From: Histomonas meleagridis 2922-C6/04-290x
Taxonomy: Eukaryota > Protista > Parabasalia
NCBI GenBank assembly: GCA_020184695.1
Contig: JAANOX010000271.1
Coordinates: forward strand, 248,001-312,000
Length of the DNA: 64,000 bases
Direction of reading: 5' to 3'
Position 1 is the first letter of the stretch. Each line of letters begins with the position of its first letter. Below the pieces are notes generated by a model. That model was not told the DNA's origin, made no database searches, and worked only from the letters and a program-made list of their open reading frames with translations. The translations under genes were made by a program, and so were the position numbers. Of this stretch, positions 23,901-33,640 are shown one piece after another.

Positions 23901-26158
23901 AAAGAAATCTTAAATTATTAAGATAAATATCAAATCATTTATATAAATTTTAAACTATGAAAAAATACACCAAATTATTAAAACAAATTTTGAATTATTA
24001 GAATGAACATAAAACTTTTAGAATAAATACTGAATTAATAAAACGAATATTAAACTATTAAAACAAATATCAAAATATTAAAACAAATACAAAATTAATA
24101 AAACATATTTCAAATTGTTAAAACAAATTATAAACTATCGAAACAAATATTAAATTGTTGAAACAAATTTTAAATTATCAAAAGAAATTACAAACCATCA
24201 AGATAAATTACAAATTATTAAAACATATTTCAAATTGTTAAAACATATTCCAAAATGTTGTGACGAATATTAAATAAATAAAACAAATTAAAAATGAATA
24301 AAACAAATTATAAATTTTTCAAATAAATTATAAATCATAAAGTTAAACATAAAGCTCTTATTATAAACGTTAAATTATAAAAACATATTTGGTATAAATA
24401 AAATAAATATTCATTACATTAACATTAATATCATTTCTTTCTAAAAGTGTTTTAACTATTTCTATATTATTATGTTTAACTGCATAATGTAATGCTGTTT
24501 GAAATTATTTTTATAAATTTTAAATGATTAAAACAAAATTTAAAACACCAAAATATACATTATCTTGAGAATTGATTTCAAGAACATTTTTAATAAGCAT
24601 TTTTGCAATTTCAGTTTGATTACATTTACATGCGCATATAAGTGCTGTTTCAAACAATTTAAATGATTTCTAATTATTATCTTAAAACATCAAGATATTA
24701 AAACAAATTCTATATAAAATAAATATACATTTCCAGCATCAAAATCAATGAATTCATTTTTTAAAAGCAATTCAACTAATTCTGTGTAACCATTTTTAGA
24801 TGCAAACATAAGTGCTGTATTAAATAATTCAAATAAGTTCCAAATATTATTTTAAAATATCAAATCAAATATTTAAAATTTAAACAACATAATTAAACAT
24901 CTGTTGCATTAATATCAATTCCTTCTTGTTCTAAAAGATATATAATAAGTTCAACATTTCCATATCCAATAGCAAACTCCAAAATATTTTTTGGAATTTG
25001 ATTATTTATAAGAAAATGTTTAACAAGATACAAATTACCATTTTTAGCAGATTCATTAATAATAGAATCATTAATTTTCACTTCTTTTTCTTCTAAATAT
25101 GATAAAATTTCAAAATTACTACTATCAACACAAAAATATCTCAAATCATTTATATTCGTTGTTGGAGTTCCTCCTCTAGTTAAATTAAATGGTTGGTTTC
25201 CAAATGAAATTGAAGTGCCAAACGTTCGTAGATTTTGATATCCAATTTTTGGAGCTGAGTTTTGTTGATTGGTTTCATCCAATTTTTCTAATTTATTATC
25301 ATAAATATATTTAAATACATCATTTTTATGGAATTCAATTGCTGTTTCATATGCACCTTCAAATGATGAATGATTTTGTTCACATAAATGAATGATTTCT
25401 TCATTTCCACCTGCAACTGCATATTTACCTGTGTTATCTAATTTTGCATTATTCATAAGTAAATATTTAAAACATTTAACTGATCCAAAAAATGCTGCAT
25501 AATCAATTAATGTAACATTTTCTTTATTAATAAAGTCACATCTTTCATATATTGATGGTGCAATCGTTTGATTAAAATCAAAATCATTTTGTGATGAAAT
25601 TTCTTGAAGTTTTTCAATGTCATCATTTCGAATTATTTTCATAATTTCATTTGGATTAACTCCTTCGTTAATTGATTGCTTATGAAGTTCCCAATCATTT
25701 GCTGAAAGTTTTTCATAATCATTTATAAAATTTTTTTCTGCAGAACCAAGAGGATATGTTTTGTTTTCTTTTTCTGTTTTATAATGTGCAAAATATTTCG
25801 ATTTAATATTTTTAGTAATGCTTGCATCAATTAAATTTTGTTCAATCATTTTCTCAATTAAATAATATGATTCTTGTGTTTTATTTTTAATGATAAGTTG
25901 GAGTAAATAATTCAAATATTTATCAAATAAAGATTTTTTTTTTCAAAATGAAGAAAAAACTAAATTGCATATAACGGTATTAAATGAATATGGGAAAGTT
26001 AAATCGAATAATTTCATTGTTTGTTGAATTGAAGTTTCAATATTTTCTTCAGTTAAATTAAATATGATTTTGTCAAGTGAAGTTAGTAATTCCATGTAAT
26101 TAGATTTGCTTACCTTATTTAAAGAATTTTCTTGATTTGTAATCTCTTGTTTCGACAT
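20912..26158 (-). CDS. DUF3447-type ankyrin protein, copy 2: 13 repeats with spacer-interrupted hairpins; possibly damaged
   Basis: Paralogue of 5106-10028. A deletion/frameshift near 25900-25945 and a deletion near 21225 that removes most of one repeat may be real lesions or assembly errors. Long phased arrays are clean. Confidence 0.8.
21803..22142 (-). repeat. 17 x 20-nt array encoding DYGRKDKKGDYEKYYRL
   Basis: Exactly 340 nt with no stop triplet. The copy 1 counterpart (~6086-6424) reads DYGRKGDNGDYKKYYGQ. Confidence 0.85.
22606..23225 (-). repeat. 31 x 20-nt array encoding YKIMKWIEWLEPEYGYEDENKVKYKSIYEGK
   Basis: Exactly 620 nt in perfect phase, no stop triplet, ends G-K-T-P-L. Confidence 0.88.
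23316..23755 (-). repeat. 22 x 20-nt array encoding DNDDDWDLIESDYIYMCKYYGE
   Basis: Exactly 440 nt with no stop triplet. Confidence 0.88.
23849..24408 (-). repeat. 28 x 20-nt array encoding QNYIILNGEVVKNIECDNSYKGKDKYSE
   Basis: Exactly 560 nt with no stop triplet. Confidence 0.88.
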
Positions 26159-26405
26159 AAAACAATATGGTGAGAACAACGGTTTTCATATTCAAAATTG
26201 AATTAATTCGAACGACCAACTTTTTTTGATAAATTGAATTGCAATTAGCAATCAACATGTTAATTAAGTATTCAAATTTGAAAAGTGTAACACAAAACAT
26301 GAAATGACGCTAAATTTCATCATATGATATGAAAGAGAGAAATTCCAATGGTTTGAAATAAAAGTGACAATGGTCTTTGAATAAGATAAAACGGCTTTTT
26401 GTTTT

Positions 26406-27782
26406 GGATCAATTACACAACCGCAGACCAAACCTCCAAATCCTCTCAATCGATTTTTAAAGGGCAAATTTAGGACGATAGAAAACGATCCCACTTTTTA
26501 AAAGAAATTGTTATTTTTTCAATAAAAGTATAAATGACACCTATTTTAAATGAAAATAGAAAATGAAAAACGGTTTGGCAAAATACAGTCCGATTAAAAA
26601 GCATTAAAAAAGTGATGCGTGTCACAATAATTTATTGAATACTTTATGAATGTGTAAACTATTCTTTGATCTTTCACTAATCAAAGTGAGTGATATGGCT
26701 TTTCGATTTTTGTTTTAAAAAATATTTAATAAACGTTAATGTTCTGTGACCTTAGAAATCATGTTTTACATCAATAATATGTTAGGGCTTATATTTATTT
26801 TCGATAACTTCGAATATTATATATATTCCAAAGCAATACATTTCTTATTAATTTTTTTTAAATATGTTTTGTTTCATTCGGATTTTACATTTGATATAAC
26901 TTATTCTATAGTATTTACATTATGTGTCATGATAGTGAATATAGATTGTATTTATAATAGTTCACATAATGTGAGAAGTAATTTTTATCAATAAAAATAA
27001 TAGATAAATTTCAAATCTTTACTCTAAAATTAGAAGTCGGATGCTTCTTAAAGTTCTAATAATATGTCATTTTTTAATCTAATAAAATTGTTATATTTAA
27101 TAATTCTTCACTATGTATTAATATAAAAATAGTAAAAATGTTTTCCATTAAATATTTACTGTGTAATATATTTTGTAATTTATATGAAATTAATGAAACA
27201 GCACCTCATTGTGCAATACGACATAGTCATTATGCGATTGCAAAAGTTCTTTTTTATCCAAAAAAACATCGATATAGATGCTAAAGATATTTATTTGTTT
27301 TAATTTGTATTTATTTTAATCATTTGGTGTTTTCAAATTATATTCGGAAATATTGATATGATTTGCAGAAATAGTTAGATTACTTCTTGAACAAGAAGGA
27401 ATTGATATTAATATTTTGTTATTACTTTGTTTTATTTAAAATTTGTTTAAATAATTTATTTATTTATTTAATTTAATTTATTTATTTAATTTAATAAAAA
27501 TTTGTATTTTGGATATTTGATATTTAATATAAAGTATTCAATAAATTATTGTGACACGCATCACTTTTTTGATGCTTTTCAATCGGACTGTATTTTGTTA
27601 AACCATTTTTTATTTTCTATTTACATTTAAAATAGGTGTCATTTATATTTTAATTGAAAATCAAATGTAAAAAATAATATTTTCCTTTAAAAAGTGGGAT
27701 CGTGCTCTATCGGTCTAAATTTATTTTTTAAAAATCGATTCAGAGGATCTGGAGGTTTGGGGTGCGGTTGTGTAATTGATCC
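26406..27782. mobile_element. Non-autonomous DNA transposon-like element (~1.38 kb) with ~245-bp imperfect terminal inverted repeats
   Basis: 26406-26648 (GGATCAATTACACAACCGCA...) is the reverse complement of ~27529-27782. The element is absent from the paralogous site near 10260. Degenerate ~8-bp TSD: tttgtttt / ctcgtttt versus empty-site cttgtttt. No transposase ORF. Confidence 0.8.
27190..27420 (+). pseudogene. Ankyrin-repeat fragment with 17-nt spacers, carried inside the TIR element
   Basis: ETAPHCAIRHSHYAIAKVL...IDIDAKD, then GAT [ATTTATTTGTTTTAATT] TGT [ATTTATTTTAATCATTT] GGT [GTTTTCAAATTATATTC] GGA, then a truncated EIVRLLLEQEGIDIN. Confidence 0.7.
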
Positions 27783-28483
27783 CTCGTTTTTGTTCAACAG
27801 CAATTAATGGGAAACACAAATAAATATCTCAAAATTTCATCCTTCTCAGATCTTTTCCTGGTTACAATTTAAAAATGCATTACCTGATATGTTCATCACT
27901 TTAGTAAAAAAAAAATATTTATAATAAAAATACTTTTAACAACAAAATTAAGTAACATCATGAACAATGTTAATAATTTTTTGAACCTTTTCAAGTTAAT
28001 TAACATTTGAAAAGTGTTCTAGAACACCACAAAACATGAAATCCAGTCAGACGGTTGCGTACGATGAACTTAGCCATCAAAAGAGCAGAGCTCTGCTTTC
28101 CAGGAAAAACCCTATAGATTTTCTATGAAAAAGTTGTTTTTTAAGTCGAAACAATCGTATTGTAATATTTGGCCGGCTGATTATGCACACAAAAAAGAAT
28201 TTCAATGGTTTACTATGATGAGAAAACTAATTTTGTTTAAAATCAATAAAATTGTTCAAAATATATTTTAATACACATGATGGGAAATACTATACTAAAA
28301 AAAGTCCGAAAAACTCATCTGTCTTGTTTTGGGCACAACCTTGAATTAACCAATAACCGTCATGAATCAGACCCCAACATGACCTCTTTTTTTAATTGAT
28401 TGCAATCTGATCGTTTACTTGATTTTTGTATAAACGATAGCGCTCAAATTTATTATGTAAACGGTTTGGTCGGCCTTTCTGAA

Positions 28484-29059
28484 ATGGTTTGCAAGAACAA
28501 CCAAGTTCCAAATGACCACCTTCGTAAGGATTGGTTCCGCCGTATCAAGTTTTATTTTGATGATCCAGCCCGTAAGAAGAGGCGTCAAATAGCCAGAGCA
28601 ATTCGTGCTAAGAAGATTGCACCACGTCCAGTTGAAGGTCCCCTTCGTCCACTTGTTCACTGTCCAACAGTTCGTTATAATCGCAAAGTTAGACTTGGTC
28701 GTGGATTCACAGTTGAAGAAGTTAAAGCTGCAGGATTTGAACCATCACGTGCCCGATTCATGGGTATTGCCATGGACAAATTCCGTGTTCATACCAAAGA
28801 TGAAATCAAACAAGCTAACATTGAGCGTCTCAAGGCTTATAAAGCCAAGATGGTTCGTGTTCATACAAAGACAGAGAAATTACCAGCTGGAGAATCCATT
28901 CCATCACTCTTTGCACTTCCAAAGGCTGACCAAAAGGTCACATGGAGAGTAATTAAGGATGAAGAAAAGAAAGCAGAATTATTTAAGACCAAGCAACAAG
29001 CACATAAAGCATGGAGAGCATCCATCAAGGCTAAAGAAGCTGCTAAGCACAAGAAATAA
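28484..29059 (+). CDS. RPL13: 60S ribosomal protein L13 (eL13)
   Basis: HLRKDWFRRIKFYFDDPARKKRR, APRPVEGPLRPLVHCPTVRYNRKVRLGRGFT; start moved to ATG 28484. Confidence 0.95.
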   Translation: MVCKNNQVPNDHLRKDWFRRIKFYFDDPARKKRRQIARAIRAKKIAPRPVEGPLRPLVHCPTVRYNRKVRLGRGFTVEEVKAAGFEPSRARFMGIAMDKFRVHTKDEIKQANIERLKAYKAKMVRVHTKTEKLPAGESIPSLFALPKADQKVTWRVIKDEEKKAELFKTKQQAHKAWRASIKAKEAAKHKK

Positions 29060-29152
29060 AAATGAAACTCTTATCTTTCTGGTTTTTCGTTTCCAAAACT
29101 TAAGTTTGGCTAAAGAGTGTAAATTCAATTAAACCGTCATTTGACAGATGCC

Positions 29153-32100
29153 ATGGAAAACAAAACAGAAGAAATCACAGACAATAAAATTAATGAACAC
29201 ATAGAAGAATTAGAAAGATTCCTAGATGAACAGATACCTAAGTCATCATCTAACTTTCCCAGTGATTTTTTCCATAAATTAAATTCATTAAATTTAATTA
29301 AACTCCCGATTGATATATCAGACTCAACAAAAGAAAAACTCAAAAAATTAAGAATACGAATTAACAAACAGGATAACATATTTAAAATGTTTTTTAATGC
29401 ACTTTCAGATTATAAAATTTATGATTGTTTCCCATTTTGTTGGTTCCTTTATGCAGATAACACAGAAAGGCTTAAAAGATTAGCTGACATTTATATAAAT
29501 AACCAAATGGAAGTGACAAGTGACATAATTTATCCACCATTTGAAGATACTATTATTTCTACATTTCGTGTATTAAAAGAATATAACACAGAAAAACCAT
29601 CAAATGGGTTCGAGCCAAATGCAATCTCAGATCGAATGAAATTTTTCAAATATTTTATTTTACCATCATTCGAAGTTAAAGTTAAATCTGTTATAGAAAA
29701 AGAAAAAGACGAAACAGATTCAAATGCATCACAGCAACGAAAAGATCTTGTCGAAAACTGTTTATATTCACTTCCAGCAATGAAAGCCAAATTTGTTACA
29801 CCAAAACCAGAAATGATTGTTAAAGCGTTAAGCAATGAACCAGGCTTTGAATTCGAAATTTTGGAACTTTATGTAGAAATGATAAATTCTGAAAAAATTG
29901 AATTAAGTAATAATATATCTGTTGATTCTGAAAAGCTTAAACATGTACTTGCGTTCCGAAAGCTTTGTAGGATGCATTATAGGTACAATTCAAACAAAGA
30001 TGAAAAGATTAAAGAATTAATAATTTCACAAAATGGACTTCATGAGCCATTAAAATCTATTATGATTTTTGCCTATAGCTTTGATACAAAACAAACAGTT
30101 CTCCTTCAAAAATATGTTGATTATCCTCAAACACCCCTCGAAAAGAGCTCATTTCATTGGCTTGAGCTTCTATCGCACTTAACGTACGCGACGGTTGCCA
30201 TGACTCCACTTTTTCTGGAGCAAAACGATTCACAGAAACCGCTCTACCAGTCTCTCAAATCTCTATCGTCCTTATTTCGGAATCGTAACAAAAGAATGAA
30301 AGCTTATGGTAGTGAAGCCGACTTTATTGAGTTAGTATATTTAATAGTTAAGTCTCCTATTTTATTTTCACGCTTTATGCAACCTAATCAAAGTGATTTT
30401 CAATCGATGCGAATTCATTGTTCACAAAAACGAAAGTGGACTAAGAAGCAAGCCAAAGGATATATCAACTCAATCATGGAAATGTTAAATAATGATTTTA
30501 GTGCACGTAATATAATAATTGACATTATATCAAAGATACAAAAACGATTAATAACACAATTACCGAATATTAATCATAAATTCTTAATCAAAAACTTCAT
30601 GAACAAATGTTTTGAAGATCAAAGTACTAATGATTATGAAATCTTTAAATCGATTTTACCGATTATTGAAAGTACCTCATTTGAGTTTATTGAACATGAA
30701 CAAAAAGTTAAATGGATCAATTTAATATTAAAAGGAATCGAAAGTGGGAATCCAGAATTTATAGAAGAAAGTAAGAAACAAGCCAAAAACTGTTTAACAC
30801 GTGTATCCGAATTATCGGATTATTTAATTTCTCCAATTTTATCTAAAATTAATAGCATTCATAATAATGAAGAATTTCCAATTTTAATTACATTATATAC
30901 AAATGTATATCATAACAATGAATTTGAAAATCGTGATTTTATATTAGATAAAATTGTACAATTATTACGTAATTATTTATTCCAAAATCAACGAAATGGA
31001 ATATTATTAAATACTATTGTCACAATTTTATTTGAAGAATTATATTCTGATTCGGAAAAGATTAATGATAACTTAATCGAATTAATCAGTGACTTCTTTA
31101 AGAAAGATGAATCTAATTTAGAGCCCACTGAAGAAATTCGAATTGTATCAATGTTACCGAATTATTTTGATATCATATGTAGTAAATTTAAAGTTGAAGA
31201 ACAAAGTGAAACATATTTTTATGATATTTTAATATATAATTTCATTATACCAATATTAAATAATCCTAAATGTAGTACAGAGTTATTCCAATTTATGATA
31301 AATACTATTGTTGATATATGTTTACAATATAATAATAGTGGCTCAACATTTATCAAATTTGTGAACTCTGTTAACTTTAATGATAAAACGAATGAAGTTA
31401 TCTTGAAAAACGCAATATATGAATTCCTTTCATATTATAATAAACCAATTGAAGAAACGTCACCTGAACAACAAAATAATTGTTATCTAATTACAAACCA
31501 TACTTTACAAGCATTAAAATTAGATAATAATAATAAATTCATCTTAACGACTAAAAATAGAACTGGTTCATCTAAATATGAAATATCAATTGAGCCGCCA
31601 ATGATTAATAATGAAACAAAATGTTTAAATAATGAAATTTTCGAACCTTTAGAAAACATTGTTGATGAATTTAATGACGATTTTACCCAATGTGTAAAAG
31701 AATGTATTAATAATGAAAATGCTAATGATTTCCTTGAGCAAGAAGTCAAATTCTTCACCAAACAAGAAACTCAAATTCCTGACATACAACAAATAGAAGT
31801 GAAATTCCTTACGATAGACACGATACAGCAGCCTAAGAATGAAATGTCACCTGAAACGAAGCACAAAAGTAACACCCTGTTCAATTCGCTATCGGCAACT
31901 GCCTTTTACTATTCAATTTTCCCTAATCAACAACTTAATTTAATGATAAATTCTGATTCTGCGATTTGTATTAAAGACCCATCTTCATTGATTAATATTG
32001 CTACTTCGAAATTATTCCAATCACAAGTTCGTGAAACATTAAAAATTGGGTTTTTATATGTTAAGAATGATCAATTATCACAAAATGATATATTAAAAAA

Positions 32101-32671
32101 TAGTTGGAATGACACATCAGAATCATTCCGAAGCTTTGTTAAATCGATTGGTACAATTGTTGACTTATCAGTACATACAGGATTTAATGGGAAACTTGAT
32201 TCTACTAATTTTTCGAATGGTCGTTATCATTTATATTATAGTGATCAACGATTTGAAGTTTTATATCATGTCGCGCCTTTAATTCCAACAGATCCTAAAG
32301 ATGACCAACAAATTTATAAGAAAAGACACATCGGTAATGATAACATTCACATCGTATGGACTGAAAACCCACTCGAATATGACCCGACAACAATTTCGTC
32401 GCAGTTTAATGACGCCCATGTGATAATACATCCGACAAAGAAAAATGGATTCTATAGAGTTAGAATATATAAGAAAAACGAGGCGTATTTGTTCGGGCCT
32501 TTACAAGGTGAAACGATTGTGTCAATGAGAGCACTGCCTGAGTTAGTGCGTTGGACTTCGATATTTAGTGATAGAGCGGCAAGGAAATTGACCTCGACTG
32601 TGTATAAGTTGCCGTCGTTGATGTTCGAAGAAGCGTTGAATGACATTAAGAACTCGAAAAGAGAAAACTAA
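29153..32671 (+). CDS. Rap/Ran-GAP domain protein (tuberin/RalGAP-like)
   Basis: C-terminal LKIGFLYV...FEVLYHVAPL...KKRHIGNDNIHIVWTE motif; first ATG-based start near 29153. Confidence 0.85.
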   Translation: MENKTEEITDNKINEHIEELERFLDEQIPKSSSNFPSDFFHKLNSLNLIKLPIDISDSTKEKLKKLRIRINKQDNIFKMFFNALSDYKIYDCFPFCWFLYADNTERLKRLADIYINNQMEVTSDIIYPPFEDTIISTFRVLKEYNTEKPSNGFEPNAISDRMKFFKYFILPSFEVKVKSVIEKEKDETDSNASQQRKDLVENCLYSLPAMKAKFVTPKPEMIVKALSNEPGFEFEILELYVEMINSEKIELSNNISVDSEKLKHVLAFRKLCRMHYRYNSNKDEKIKELIISQNGLHEPLKSIMIFAYSFDTKQTVLLQKYVDYPQTPLEKSSFHWLELLSHLTYATVAMTPLFLEQNDSQKPLYQSLKSLSSLFRNRNKRMKAYGSEADFIELVYLIVKSPILFSRFMQPNQSDFQSMRIHCSQKRKWTKKQAKGYINSIMEMLNNDFSARNIIIDIISKIQKRLITQLPNINHKFLIKNFMNKCFEDQSTNDYEIFKSILPIIESTSFEFIEHEQKVKWINLILKGIESGNPEFIEESKKQAKNCLTRVSELSDYLISPILSKINSIHNNEEFPILITLYTNVYHNNEFENRDFILDKIVQLLRNYLFQNQRNGILLNTIVTILFEELYSDSEKINDNLIELISDFFKKDESNLEPTEEIRIVSMLPNYFDIICSKFKVEEQSETYFYDILIYNFIIPILNNPKCSTELFQFMINTIVDICLQYNNSGSTFIKFVNSVNFNDKTNEVILKNAIYEFLSYYNKPIEETSPEQQNNCYLITNHTLQALKLDNNNKFILTTKNRTGSSKYEISIEPPMINNETKCLNNEIFEPLENIVDEFNDDFTQCVKECINNENANDFLEQEVKFFTKQETQIPDIQQIEVKFLTIDTIQQPKNEMSPETKHKSNTLFNSLSATAFYYSIFPNQQLNLMINSDSAICIKDPSSLINIATSKLFQSQVRETLKIGFLYVKNDQLSQNDILKNSWNDTSESFRSFVKSIGTIVDLSVHTGFNGKLDSTNFSNGRYHLYYSDQRFEVLYHVAPLIPTDPKDDQQIYKKRHIGNDNIHIVWTENPLEYDPTTISSQFNDAHVIIHPTKKNGFYRVRIYKKNEAYLFGPLQGETIVSMRALPELVRWTSIFSDRAARKLTSTVYKLPSLMFEEALNDIKNSKREN

Positions 32672-33002
32672 AAAAAAAAAAAAAAAATTAAAATTAATTA
32701 AATTCGTTTTTATTTTGATAATGTTTTTGTAGTTTGAATGATTTGATTGGTTTTCCTTCCGCTTTCTTTACAGCAGCTTCAAAATTTTGGGGATTTATTC
32801 GAAGTTTAACAATTTTACAAAGAAACGCCTTAAATAAACGTTCGCTTTGAAATTTTAAACGGACAGTTTGATCCAATGATTAATGAAGATGCTATTTTTG
32901 GAGAAATTGCAGAATTGTATTACAATTTTCACCAAAAAAATCCGTTTTGTAATGTAATATATTATTTTCGTCAAAATATTTGTACTCGTTATGTTATATC
33001 AG

Positions 33003-33584
33003 TCAAAAAATAACGCATAGTTCCTTGTTGGAATGTTTTTCCTTTGGTTCTTGTTGCTTGTGTACTTCGAATTTTTTCTTTTCTTTTCTTTCATTTATCG
33101 TTTTGGCAATATCAAAAAAAGTTTCATCAATATTTAAACCAGAAACCTCATAGAATCGTATTTTATACCAACTCCTGAGTTTGGTAATTTCAATTTCTGG
33201 AATAACTTTATCAAGATCACAATGATTTCCAATAAGGAAAACATCCCCATTTACAGAATCAAACTGGAATGATTCCAACCATTTCTTGCACTTCTCAAAA
33301 GAATATTCATCTGTAAAGTCAAAAATAAAAACAATTCCATCTGCGTGAGCTACGTAACCTCTTGTAATAACAGGGTACGAATCTTGCCCACATTCGGTAC
33401 AAACTTTAAGCTTGATCGACTCCCCATCAATGGTTAATAATTTTTCTCTCAATTCGACAAATTTTAATGCAATTTCTTCTTCCGAAGGATTGCAACCAAA
33501 ATACGGTCCCATAATATCGTCTTTCACATTACAAGATGAACCAATAAGTAAAAGTTGAATCATTTTAATTTCTTGATTTTCCAT
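33003..33584 (-). CDS. Divergent Rab-like small GTPase, probably nucleotide-binding deficient
   Basis: Rab-like layout (LLLIG, IKLKV...CGQDSY, GIVFIFD, FLIGNHCD, FYEVSG) and C-terminal CVIF; P-loop degenerate. Confidence 0.7.
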   Translation of the reverse strand: MENQEIKMIQLLLIGSSCNVKDDIMGPYFGCNPSEEEIALKFVELREKLLTIDGESIKLKVCTECGQDSYPVITRGYVAHADGIVFIFDFTDEYSFEKCKKWLESFQFDSVNGDVFLIGNHCDLDKVIPEIEITKLRSWYKIRFYEVSGLNIDETFFDIAKTINERKEKKKFEVHKQQEPKEKHSNKELCVIF

Positions 33585-33640
33585 TTGTTGAAGTTAATAA
33601 CGATTAAAACGCACTCAAAATTTGACCATCCACCACAAAA

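Larger units (their letters stand above)
20754..27997. repeat. Segmental duplicate of ~4950-10475 (ankyrin gene, flanks and last ~16 codons of the 708-aa gene), interrupted by a TIR element
   Basis: Near-identical flanks: acctttttcttctatctttttacgaatcag at ~4981 and ~20788; 10261-10475 matches ~27786-27997. Confidence 0.85.
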
